Of a stretch of DNA of 64,000 bases, positions 1 to 8,801 are shown piece by piece. Source of the DNA: an uncultured delta proteobacterium (GTDB taxonomy: Bacteria > Desulfobacterota > Desulfobacteria > Desulfobacterales > JAHEIW01); contig CAVPNL010000001.1 of assembly GCA_963706575.1 (NCBI GenBank), positions 416,001 to 480,000 of the forward strand. Direction: 5' to 3'. The first letter of the stretch is position 1; the number at the start of each line of letters is the position of its first letter. The notes beneath the pieces were generated by a model. The model had not been told where the DNA came from. It was given only the letters and a program-made list of their open reading frames with translations, and ran no database searches. The position numbers and the translations under genes are program-made.

Positions 1-1
1 T

Positions 2-409
2 GAGTTCATGCCGCCGGCCATCCATGCCGGAGGCTTGAGATATCATGGTAATGCCCCGATTAACAGCCAACTCCTTTTGGACGGCATCATCAGGGCCGAG
101 GCCATCTCCCAGCTCGAAACCTTTGAAGCCGGTGTTATGTTTGCCAGGTGCGAAGGATTCATCACAGCCCCGGAGACCAACCATGCCTTAGCCCAGGCCA
201 TCCGCGAAGCCAAGAAGGCCAAGGAAGAAGGCAAAGAAAAGGTTATTCTCTTTAACTGGAGCGGACACGGGCTGATCGACATGAACGCTTATGAGGCTTA
301 TCTTGCCGGCGATCTTGAAGATTACGCACTTTCAGAAGAAGAGCTAACCCGAGCACTGGCACAGCTTGACGATCTGCCGAAACCCAAGCAATACGTTCCT
401 GTGAAATAA
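2..409 (+). CDS. trpB2: TrpB2-type tryptophan synthase beta-like PLP enzyme, C-terminal part (5' truncated by window edge)
   Basis: [25 protein letters not shown] and FNWSGHG motifs typical of stand-alone TrpB2. Confidence 0.88.
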   Translation, partial: EFMPPAIHAGGLRYHGNAPINSQLLLDGIIRAEAISQLETFEAGVMFARCEGFITAPETNHALAQAIREAKKAKEEGKEKVILFNWSGHGLIDMNAYEAYLAGDLEDYALSEEELTRALAQLDDLPKPKQYVPVK

Positions 410-427
410 AGTCAATGTGCTGATCTG

Positions 428-456
428 ATACCGGGGGCTTTTTTAGCCCCCGGTAT
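428..456 (+). terminator. Stem-loop after trpB2
   Basis: ATACCGGGGGCT-TTTTT-AGCCCCCGGTAT, perfect 12-bp stem; weak U-tract. Confidence 0.6.
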
Positions 457-478
457 TCGGTAATGAATAAGGTACGAG

Positions 479-760
479 ATGAGCAAGCCATCAAAACCGC
501 CGGATGACGATTTTGAGATTCGGTGCCCCAAGCTCGGGCACCAAATTTATTTTTCCTATTGCGCCAAAGAGAACCAGGGGGTTCCCTGTTACCGGACCCT
601 TGATTGCTGGTTTGGGCATTTTGAGGTTGAAGCATTCCTTAAAAAAACGCTGACACCTGCCGAATGGAAAGCGGCGTTCACCAATCCTCCCAAACCCAAG
701 ATTGCCTCATTGCTTGAAATGATCGAACAGGCAAAAAATAGGCAGACGAAAGAATCTTAA
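479..760 (+). CDS. Small Cys-rich hypothetical protein
   Basis: 93-aa ORF with RCPKLGH...YC...PCYRTLDCW; possible metal-binding site. Confidence 0.7.
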   Translation: MSKPSKPPDDDFEIRCPKLGHQIYFSYCAKENQGVPCYRTLDCWFGHFEVEAFLKKTLTPAEWKAAFTNPPKPKIASLLEMIEQAKNRQTKES

Positions 761-810
761 AGGGAAAGGGAATCTGCGGTGCCCATCAAACCTACCGCAA
801 CATTCAATCG

Positions 811-1518
811 ATGTATTTTTGCCATTCACCAGAAATAAAAAAACAATTTCCCCGGATTGTATCGGGCGCCATGTTTATTGATACGATTCACCCGGGTGTT
901 GATGCCGAACCTTATCTTAAACCCTGGTACCAGAATGCCCGCAGCCGTCTAGAGACACAAACCGAATCGCAGATGCCTGAGATCAGTGCCTGGCGCAAGG
1001 CATACAGCCAGATGGGCTTAAAGCCCACCAAATATCGTTCTGCGGCCGAAGCACTGTTAAGACGGTTTCGGCGTGAAGACGATTTGCCCCGCCTGCACCC
1101 CCTGGTGGATTACTGCAATGCGCTTTCCCTGGCCTTTGCGATTCCGGTAGCGGCTTTTGATCTGGACCGGGTCGCAGAATACATCGAAGTCCGACACGCC
1201 AAAGGAACAGAGCAGCATCTGGCGTTTGGTGGTAAAATGGAACACCCATCACCGGACGAAGTCATTTTATGCGATGCTCTGGATCATGCGCACGGCAGGC
1301 GCTGGACATTTCGACAAAGCTGGCAGTCCATCGTCACACCCGAAACAAAAAAAGTGTTGGTTCTCAGCGAAGCCATGCATGAATCCGCCGATGTCGATGT
1401 GCCCGTGTTGATGGACCAACTGGCTGAAGGTATTAGCGCCCTGTGGTCGCCCCCCAAACAGCGTGGCATGATCACCGCTGCATCCGACCGGCTCGAAGTT
1501 TTAGCAACGCCATCCTAA
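811..1518 (+). CDS. Stand-alone B3/4 (PheRS beta editing domain-like) protein
   Basis: WRKAYSQMGLKPTKYRSAAEALLRR, PLVDYCNALSL and AFDLD motifs of the B3/4 family. Confidence 0.85.
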   Translation: MYFCHSPEIKKQFPRIVSGAMFIDTIHPGVDAEPYLKPWYQNARSRLETQTESQMPEISAWRKAYSQMGLKPTKYRSAAEALLRRFRREDDLPRLHPLVDYCNALSLAFAIPVAAFDLDRVAEYIEVRHAKGTEQHLAFGGKMEHPSPDEVILCDALDHAHGRRWTFRQSWQSIVTPETKKVLVLSEAMHESADVDVPVLMDQLAEGISALWSPPKQRGMITAASDRLEVLATPS

Positions 1519-1578
1519 GCCTTATTTTTGATTTTCATCCAAATCGAAAAAATGCTGCTGTAAATCGTCGCAGTGCAG

Positions 1579-1604
1579 AAAAAATCGATACCGATCGATT
1601 TTTT
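1579..1604. terminator. Bidirectional terminator-like hairpin between convergent genes
   Basis: AAAAAATCGAT-ACCG-ATCGATTTTTT; a second hairpin CGGGGGAC..GTCCCCCG lies at 1654-1680. Confidence 0.55.
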
Positions 1605-1692
1605 TGAATAGGCGGATTGTTTCAGAAGGGCCAATGAAAACATGAAAATGATGCGGGGGACAGCATGAAACCGTCCCCCGTCAAATGGATCG

Positions 1693-2280
1693 TTATTGTA
1701 CCGCGGCAAATCCGAGATCAAAGGCCTTTAGATTCGACTCCAGGAAGGCCTTTTTGGTTGAAGTCGAAATGGTCTCTTTCATATCTGCTGCACTGATGGG
1801 AATCGTTTCTGAGCCGATCAGCGCTCCCAGCATGACCATGTTCAAGGACAACGGATTGCCGGCTTTTTCAGCCAGGGCGGATCCGTCAAAAGCGATGACC
1901 TTATCGATTTTGGATTTGATCAATGACATAATTTCTTCCAAAGGTGGATAAACACCCTGTCCCAGAGCCGCGGTGAACGGTTGCATCGATCTTGTGTTGG
2001 TGATCACAACGGTTTTGCGGTTGCATTTACTCAGACCCCGCAGGGTTTCAAGGGGTTCGAAACTCAGGAATACATCGCTTTCGCCGGGAGAAATTATGGG
2101 GCTGCTGATGTCGCCCAATAAAACAGCTGATTCCACAATTCCTCCGCGTTGCGCCATGCCGTGTATCTCACTGGCAACCACGGGCATGCCCAGCGTAAGG
2201 GCGGCCTCGCCCAGAAGATTTGTGGCCAAAAGATTTCCCTGGCCGCCGACACCGATAACGACTATTTTTTTAGGTTCCAT
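1693..2280 (-). CDS. iorB: Indolepyruvate/arylpyruvate:ferredoxin oxidoreductase beta subunit (copy 1)
   Basis: GVGGQG, SEIHGMAQRGG, NMVMLGAL; follows iorA. Confidence 0.9.
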   Translation of the reverse strand: MEPKKIVVIGVGGQGNLLATNLLGEAALTLGMPVVASEIHGMAQRGGIVESAVLLGDISSPIISPGESDVFLSFEPLETLRGLSKCNRKTVVITNTRSMQPFTAALGQGVYPPLEEIMSLIKSKIDKVIAFDGSALAEKAGNPLSLNMVMLGALIGSETIPISAADMKETISTSTKKAFLESNLKAFDLGFAAVQ

Positions 2281-2295
2281 AAAAGCCTCCCGCTA

Positions 2296-4152
2296 TTATT
2301 CTTTTATTGGCAAAATTGCATTTTCAGGACAGATTTGCGCGCATACCGTGCACCCGGTGCAAAGATGTTTATGGATTCCCACTTTTTCATCTTCCACATA
2401 CATGGCCGGGCAGGCCAGTTTGTTTAAGCAAATCTTGTGGTTCTGGCATTTCTCCTGATTGATATAAAAGGGCTTTGAGCGTTTCAGCTGGCTCGTGGCC
2501 CTGGCAAACAGGGGACACATCTCCTCAGAAATGATGACCGATATGCCGTCATATTCAGCCGACGCTTTAATTTTTTCTATGGCACTTTTAACCCTGAAAG
2601 GCCGGATCAGATGCACATCTTCAACGCCACACCCTCTGACGATCTGCTCGATGGAAACGCGTGTGCGCGGGACGCCCAGGCCCAGGGGCTCGGTGTCCAC
2701 GCCGGGGTGGATCTGGTATCCGGTCATCGCCGTCGTACCGTTGTCCAGGATGACCAGAGTGAATTTGTGATTGTTGTGGACGCCATTGATCAGGCCGGTG
2801 ATGCCGGAATGAAAAAAAGTGGAATCGCCGATGAAACCGACCACTTTTTGATCGGTGGCCTGGGAAAAGCCGCAGGAAGAAGTCGCTGAAGATCCCATGC
2901 AAATAATGAAATCGGCCATGTTAAAAGGCGGCATAATCCCTAAAGTATAACATCCGATATCGGTGGGATAGACTGTATCCGATCCATAGACCTCTTTGAC
3001 CGCGTAATAAGTGGCCCGGTGGGGGCAGCCCGCACACAGGTTCGGAGGGCGCCCGGGCAAAGCCGGCACATCAGAGAGTTCCGGAATTTCAGGCAGGCTG
3101 CAATCCACACCGAAATATTCGGCAATGGCCTGTCGAACCATACCCGGATTATATTCTAGGAGGCGCGATAAAGAACCCACCCCTTTGCCGTTTATTGCAA
3201 TGGTCATATCGTTTCGGTGGGCCAATGCCTGCAGTTCTCTTTCGTTCAGGGGCTCAAGCTCTTCGACGACGAGTACTTTTTCTACCTGGTTCATAAACTC
3301 CAGACACAGCTTCTCGGGTAACGGCCAGGAGAATCCCAGCTTTAAAATACTTACCTGATCGGAAATGCCCAGATCCGATACGGCATCCATCACATAATTG
3401 AAGCTCACGCCGTTGGCAACAATTCCCCATTTCCCCTTGCCGATGATTTCGTTGTACGTCCAGGTTTCGGCGATTTCCTGTGCCTGTTGATATTTTTGCA
3501 AAAGGTGCTGATGAAGCACCCGGGAGTGAGCCGGCATGGTGACCCACTGGGCAGGGTTCTTTTCGAATCGGCCCTTTGTTTTGAACGGCTTTAATTCACC
3601 TAGCTCGACTTTGCCCCGAATGTGGTTCAGGCGTGTGGTGGTTCGTAAAAGCACCGGTAGCTTGAGCGTTTCGGATAGGTCGAAGGCCAGGGTGGCGACA
3701 TCTTTCATTTCTTGCGCATTGGTGGGTTCCAATAAAGGAATACCGGCGAGACGGGCATACTGCCGGTTGTCCTGTTCATTTTGACTCGAGAAAAGATAAG
3801 GGTCGTCAGCGTTAACGATGACCATGCCCCCCTCTACGCCCACATATGCCAGGGACATCAAGGGGTCGGCGGCCACATTGAGCCCGACCTGTTTCATGGT
3901 GACCATCGTTCTGAGACCACTGGCAGCCGCAGCTGAACCCACTTCCATCGCGACTTTCTCATTGGTTGAGTACTCGAAGTAAAGGTCCGTCTCCTGACTG
4001 ATGTCAAAAAATTGGGCGGGGATTTCAGACGAGGGGGTTCCCGGGTAGCAGGTGGCAAACGACATTCCGGCCTCAAGGGCTCCCCGGGCAATGGCTTCAT
4101 TGCCCAGAAGGAACATGGCTTTACCCGGCGAATCGGTTAATAGCTTGTGCAT
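2296..4152 (-). CDS. iorA: Indolepyruvate/arylpyruvate:ferredoxin oxidoreductase alpha subunit (copy 1)
   Basis: LGNEAIARG, YPGTPSSE, CAGCPH, DIGCY, TPP motif GDSTFFHSG...DN, C-terminal ferredoxin Cys motifs; start moved to ATG 4152 behind GGAGGT. Confidence 0.92.
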   Translation of the reverse strand: MHKLLTDSPGKAMFLLGNEAIARGALEAGMSFATCYPGTPSSEIPAQFFDISQETDLYFEYSTNEKVAMEVGSAAAASGLRTMVTMKQVGLNVAADPLMSLAYVGVEGGMVIVNADDPYLFSSQNEQDNRQYARLAGIPLLEPTNAQEMKDVATLAFDLSETLKLPVLLRTTTRLNHIRGKVELGELKPFKTKGRFEKNPAQWVTMPAHSRVLHQHLLQKYQQAQEIAETWTYNEIIGKGKWGIVANGVSFNYVMDAVSDLGISDQVSILKLGFSWPLPEKLCLEFMNQVEKVLVVEELEPLNERELQALAHRNDMTIAINGKGVGSLSRLLEYNPGMVRQAIAEYFGVDCSLPEIPELSDVPALPGRPPNLCAGCPHRATYYAVKEVYGSDTVYPTDIGCYTLGIMPPFNMADFIICMGSSATSSCGFSQATDQKVVGFIGDSTFFHSGITGLINGVHNNHKFTLVILDNGTTAMTGYQIHPGVDTEPLGLGVPRTRVSIEQIVRGCGVEDVHLIRPFRVKSAIEKIKASAEYDGISVIISEEMCPLFARATSQLKRSKPFYINQEKCQNHKICLNKLACPAMYVEDEKVGIHKHLCTGCTVCAQICPENAILPIKE

Positions 4153-4240
4153 GATTACCTCCAATGGTTTCAAATTCAGAATTTATTATTTTTCAAAATT
4201 TTTTGGATTTAATTGTCGTCAGAAACCGAATTCTAAAAAT

Positions 4241-4960
4241 TTATTTATGGGGCAGATAAGGATCTCGATTTTTCATAAAGTCTTTGTAAATTTTATAATG
4301 TTCTGTTTCTTCGTAGCGAATCCGTTTAACGGGCATTTGGTCAAAACTATAGATATCCGCACCGGGACACGCCAATAAAATCGGAGAATGGGTCGCAATA
4401 ATAAATTGGGCATGACCGGCTATGCTCATATCACATAATATGGTCAACAGCTCCAACTGACTTTTCGGAGACAGCGCGGTTTCGGGTTCGTCAAGAAAAT
4501 AGAGGCCCTTGATTTTATAGCGACCCCTGAAAAGCGACATCAGCGATTGACCGTGGGACTGGGTGATTAAAGATTCTCCGCCAAAATATTTAAATATTTC
4601 CGGATTTACGGTGGCGCCTTCATCCAGGTATTTGGCAAAATCCTTGAACGTCGCAGAGGAGAAAAATGATCCCGGCACGCTGCCATCCGTCCACTTTACC
4701 GCCATAAAAAGGTACAGGACTTTTTCATAGGGATTGGGCTTATAACGGGTGCCGCCAAGACCTTGCCAAATTGGAATGTTGCACTTTTTACATATGGCGG
4801 TGAGCAGCGTAGATTTTCCGGTTCCATTTTCGCCTACGAAAAAGGTCACCGGTTTACGAAAGGCGATGCTGGCGGTGGTTTGAAAAATAGCCTGATTGAA
4901 CGGGTAGTGGTCTTTGGTTGGATATTTTTCTGGAAAAAGGGTGATCTCCTCGAGATGCAT
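4241..4960 (-). CDS. Predicted ABC/AAA-type ATPase (COG3910-like)
   Basis: Walker A GENGTGKST, SHGQ signature, LDEPE Walker B, ATHSP. Confidence 0.85.
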   Translation of the reverse strand: MHLEEITLFPEKYPTKDHYPFNQAIFQTTASIAFRKPVTFFVGENGTGKSTLLTAICKKCNIPIWQGLGGTRYKPNPYEKVLYLFMAVKWTDGSVPGSFFSSATFKDFAKYLDEGATVNPEIFKYFGGESLITQSHGQSLMSLFRGRYKIKGLYFLDEPETALSPKSQLELLTILCDMSIAGHAQFIIATHSPILLACPGADIYSFDQMPVKRIRYEETEHYKIYKDFMKNRDPYLPHK

Positions 4961-4990
4961 TGAATCGTCTCTCCAATCGGATACTGAATT

Positions 4991-5006
4991 AATTAATTTT
5001 TGAATT
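4991..5006. promoter_or_regulatory. Candidate GntR operator (AATTAATTTTTGAATT) upstream of ATPase-iorAB
   Basis: Matches motif copies at 7846, 8026, 16476, 19430 and 19650; minus-strand TTGAC at about 5042-5046. Confidence 0.45.
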
Positions 5007-5379
5007 ATTTTTTATGGGTTATATGGATAAGATGGCTTCAGGTCAAGGAAAAATTTAATCTGGCCTGAAAATTATCATCGAGGTTTATTTAAAAACCAAC
5101 TTATAATCAAATATTTGAAATTATTATGGTAAATTTAGTTTTCGGTTTCCTGATTTTTTTTAACTTTACCCCTGTTGAATCTATGATAATATATTGACTC
5201 TTTTATCAAATTAAATTAAATAAAAAATTAAATTAAATAGAATCAGATTCGCATAGTAGACAGAATCTGCCGTCTTGTATTCAAACGGCGTTTTTGTTTA
5301 AATCAAGAGCACATTCATCTATCGAGAAAGACCAAATTAGCCCAAAATCGATCGTTGAAAATTAAGGGAGGAATAGAAG

Positions 5380-6468
5380 ATGGCAAACAGAATATTCAAT
5401 TTTTCAGCCGGGCCCTGCACGTTGCCGCTACCCGCACTCGAAAAAGCGCAGACCGAGTTCGTTGATTACCAGGGTGCTGGAATGTCCCTGACCGAAATGA
5501 GTCACCGGGGCAAACATTACGATGATGTGCACTATGCCGCCATCGCCAATATCCGTGAAGTGCTCAACGTGCCGGAAAGCCACGATGTTTTGTTTATCCA
5601 GGGCGGCGCTACATTGCAGTTTGCCATGGTCCCCTTGAACTTCATAATAGATGGCAAAAGTGCAGAATTTCTCAATACAGGAACCTGGGTCAAAAAAGCG
5701 ATTGCCGATGCCGAAAAGATAGGACCGACCCGTATTGTCTGGACCGGAGAGTCCGAAAATTTTACGCGTATCCCCGGCAAAGATGAGTATAAAGTAGGAG
5801 AAGATGCCGCTTATCTCCACATTTGCGGCAACGAGACCATCGGCGGAATCGAGTACCATGTGTATCCGGATACGTCAGCGGTGCCGCTGGTTGCGGATAT
5901 GTCTTCTCATATCATGTCGCGACCGATCGACTGGAGCAAACTCGACCTGGCGTTTGCCGGTGCTCAGAAAAATCTGGGTCCTGCCGGCCTGGCACTGGTT
6001 ATCATCAATAAAGCTCTTTTGGACAAGTGTAAAGACGGCCTGCCGGCCTATCTGTCCTATAAAACCCATGCCGCTAAAGATTCGCTGTATAACACGCCTC
6101 CGGTGTTTGCCATTTATATGATGAAGCTAACCATTGACTGGGTAAAATCCGAGGGCGGACTGGCTGAAATGGAAAAAAGGGCGCTGGCGCGTTCCGGCGC
6201 GCTTTACGACACCATCGACAGCTCTGGGGGATGGTATCGCTGCCCGGTGGACAAAGCCTCTCGCTCCCGCATGAATGTTTGTTTCCGTCTGCCGACAGAA
6301 GAGCTGGAGACAAAGTTCATTGCTGAAGCGCTAACAGCCAATTTTTCCGGCCTTAAGGGTCACCGTTCAGTTGGCGGTTGCCGGGCATCTATGTACAATG
6401 CCATGCCGCTGGAAGGTGCCGAAAAACTGGCGGAATTTATGGCGGACTTTAAAAAGAAAAACGCTTGA
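5380..6468 (+). CDS. serC: Phosphoserine aminotransferase
   Basis: FNFSAGP, EMSHR, GGATLQF, AQKNLGPAG (PLP Lys), GHRSVGG.RASMYNA; RBS GGGAGG. Confidence 0.96.
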   Translation: MANRIFNFSAGPCTLPLPALEKAQTEFVDYQGAGMSLTEMSHRGKHYDDVHYAAIANIREVLNVPESHDVLFIQGGATLQFAMVPLNFIIDGKSAEFLNTGTWVKKAIADAEKIGPTRIVWTGESENFTRIPGKDEYKVGEDAAYLHICGNETIGGIEYHVYPDTSAVPLVADMSSHIMSRPIDWSKLDLAFAGAQKNLGPAGLALVIINKALLDKCKDGLPAYLSYKTHAAKDSLYNTPPVFAIYMMKLTIDWVKSEGGLAEMEKRALARSGALYDTIDSSGGWYRCPVDKASRSRMNVCFRLPTEELETKFIAEALTANFSGLKGHRSVGGCRASMYNAMPLEGAEKLAEFMADFKKKNA

Positions 6469-6550
6469 TCAGTAAATTAGGGGAGGGGCTTAGTTCCAAC
6501 CCATAGAACCGGAACTTTTTCACCTTTGGGTCGTGCAGGTTTTTAAATTT

Positions 6551-7765
6551 TTAATCTGACATTCTCAAATCTTTCGCAAAAAGCCAACCGGCAAGCCCAC
6601 ATAAGGCACCCCCGATTCCAATCAGCAAAAATAGGGTGGGTGCATCTATCCATTCCAGGATCAAACCAGACAGTCCCGCAGATATTGCCGACATTCCCAC
6701 CACCGAAAGATGCATCAAGGCAAAAATTCGACCGGTCATATTGGCCGGGACGATATCTTGAATCAACGATGTTCGGGGTACAACCAGCAGCGGGATCGCG
6801 ACAGCGTGAATGGTAACGAGAATAGCCGCGGCACTCAAGGATTGAACAAAATAAATCGGGATAAAGGTAATACCATCCCAGATTATTCCGGTGAGCAGAA
6901 GATAGCCCTTTTTGAAACGGCCCCCGAAAAGAAAAAGGCCGCCGCTGCCGATAAGGGTTCCAACGGCAAAACAAGACATGATTATCGCGTAGGCGGCTGC
7001 GTCCAATCCAAGGGTTTCTCTAACGAACACCGGCGTGCCAACAATTGCCGGTCCCATGATCAAAAGATTATCGGCAATGGTGATCAACAACAGTGGAAAG
7101 ATCACCGAGTGTCTTAAAGCGAAAAGCAGTCCATCCTTGACTTCTTTCAGACCGGTGGCGTCTTTGGTGCTTCCCGAGAATTTCCGGACCGGCCGAATAA
7201 AAAATACGAGGACAAACGAAAACAAATAGGCTGACGAACAGGCTGTAAAGAGATGAACGTTTCCGAAATAATGCAGCAAGAAACCCGCGATAGCAGGACC
7301 GAGCAGCAGCGAAATTTGCCAGGATGTCTGAATGAGCGAGTTCGCTTTCAATAGGCCTTCTTTGGCAACGATCTGCGGTACAAACGCGTCTTTGGCGGGG
7401 TTGAAAAAGGTCGCTGCTATCGCAATGGCAAAGGCATTGATTCCCAGGAATTGAGGATTTAAGAAATCGACGAAAAAAGCGATAGGGATCAAAAAGACCA
7501 GAATAAAGCGAAACGCATCAGATACAAGCATTATTTTTCTTCGATCGCTATGATCAGCAGTAACACCGGCAACCATTGAAAGCAGAACGGCAGGCAAATA
7601 CGAGGCCATGGCAACCATACCGGTGACTGAAGTGGAGCCGGAAAGTTCCAGGACCAGCCACAGCAATCCGATTTGATAGATCGAATCACCACTCTGAGAG
7701 GCCATCTGCCCCAGCCAGAGCAAGGCCAGATTCCGATTTTGAAATATCTTTTGGAAATAAGTCAT
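6551..7765 (-). CDS. MFS transporter (DHA3/EntS-like)
   Basis: About 12 hydrophobic segments; LWLGQMASQSGD and GVTADHSDRRKIM motif A. Confidence 0.88.
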   Translation of the reverse strand: MTYFQKIFQNRNLALLWLGQMASQSGDSIYQIGLLWLVLELSGSTSVTGMVAMASYLPAVLLSMVAGVTADHSDRRKIMLVSDAFRFILVFLIPIAFFVDFLNPQFLGINAFAIAIAATFFNPAKDAFVPQIVAKEGLLKANSLIQTSWQISLLLGPAIAGFLLHYFGNVHLFTACSSAYLFSFVLVFFIRPVRKFSGSTKDATGLKEVKDGLLFALRHSVIFPLLLITIADNLLIMGPAIVGTPVFVRETLGLDAAAYAIIMSCFAVGTLIGSGGLFLFGGRFKKGYLLLTGIIWDGITFIPIYFVQSLSAAAILVTIHAVAIPLLVVPRTSLIQDIVPANMTGRIFALMHLSVVGMSAISAGLSGLILEWIDAPTLFLLIGIGGALCGLAGWLFAKDLRMSD

Positions 7766-7845
7766 AAGATAATGAATAATGAATGATCGGGCAGGGAGAT
7801 GATTTGATTTGCCCAGAGAAAGCGAATCAATGTCGCCATAAATTT

Positions 7846-7861
7846 AATTAAATATTGAATT
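7846..7861. promoter_or_regulatory. Candidate GntR operator (AATTAAATATTGAATT) upstream of MFS
   Basis: Consensus copy of the recurrent 16-bp motif. Confidence 0.5.
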
Positions 7862-8017
7862 CTTTTTACGATGATCATCGAATTTAAACTTTGTCAAATA
7901 ATGATCACCTCCTATCGAAAAATTCGCGTAAATTGATTGAATTATAAAGTAATATCTATCTAACGCCATGCGGTTAATTTCACTGTCGGATCCTGCATTG
8001 AATAAAGGACTTTTCTC

Positions 8018-8053
8018 TTGACAGGGATTAATTATTGAATTAAAAGTGAAATT
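8018..8053 (+). promoter_or_regulatory. Sigma70-like promoter with overlapping candidate operators upstream of the GntR gene
   Basis: TTGACA at 8018 followed by GATTAATTATTGAATT and AATTAAAAGTGAAATT; near-identical layout at 19630-19665. Confidence 0.55.
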
Positions 8054-8077
8054 AAATTTAACCGTTTACGAAAGAAA

Positions 8078-8758
8078 ATGACGATGAAAAATGAGAAAGA
8101 AAACAAGACTCTTATAGAGGACGCATACCGTAAAATCAAGCAGATGATCTTTCAGCAAAAGGTCATCCCTGGACAGCGACTGGTTTACAGTGATTTGTGC
8201 AAGCTTTTTGACATGTCCAGAACCCCGATTATTAATGCACTTACTCGACTCGAACAGGAAGGCTTTCTTGTTTCCGAGGCCTTCCGCGGTTTTCAGGTAA
8301 AACCCATCGACCTTCAGGAACTCTGGGACCTTTTCGAAGTGCGCGAAGCACTTGAGTCGTATGCCGTCGAAAAAGCCATCGAAAGAGCCGAGCCTTTAGA
8401 TTTTGAAATACTTGAGGAAAAACTTCGCAATCATCAGCAATACATGCCGGACAGCTACACCCCCAAAAAATTCATGGTGGATGCTGAATTTCATGTTCAG
8501 ATCGCGGCGATGACCAAAAATAAAGTTCTGGAGAAAATGCTGAAGACAAATTTGGAGCACGTCAATCTTCGCTTCCGTTTGGACAGTTGCGATTCTTCAA
8601 GAATGCCGCTGGCGGTTGAGGAGCATCATGAGCTGGTGGAAAGGATGAAGAAGAAGGATGTGTTAAAGAGCGTTGAAATTATCCGAATGCATGTGCGCAG
8701 TGCGCGGGATACGTGTCTAAATTGTCTGTCCATGGAAGAGGAGACAATTGGTCTTTAA
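8078..8758 (+). CDS. GntR/FadR-family transcriptional regulator (wHTH + FCD)
   Basis: PGQRL...MSRTPIINALTRLEQEG helix-turn-helix; DAEFH and EEHHEL FCD motifs. Confidence 0.92.
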   Translation: MTMKNEKENKTLIEDAYRKIKQMIFQQKVIPGQRLVYSDLCKLFDMSRTPIINALTRLEQEGFLVSEAFRGFQVKPIDLQELWDLFEVREALESYAVEKAIERAEPLDFEILEEKLRNHQQYMPDSYTPKKFMVDAEFHVQIAAMTKNKVLEKMLKTNLEHVNLRFRLDSCDSSRMPLAVEEHHELVERMKKKDVLKSVEIIRMHVRSARDTCLNCLSMEEETIGL

Positions 8759-8801
8759 TGGATGGGATCGTACTGGCCATTTATTACGCAGGTAAATGAC
8801 G

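Noticed and set aside
4241..4960. ATPase as an anti-phage component (Septu/Gabija/PARIS-like)
   Set aside because: No partner nuclease or helicase; compact COG3910-like protein in a metabolic context
7770..8800. Cobalamin riboswitch upstream of the B12 mutase operon
   Set aside because: No B12-box-like sequence seen; the region is AT-rich promoter/operator DNA plus the GntR gene
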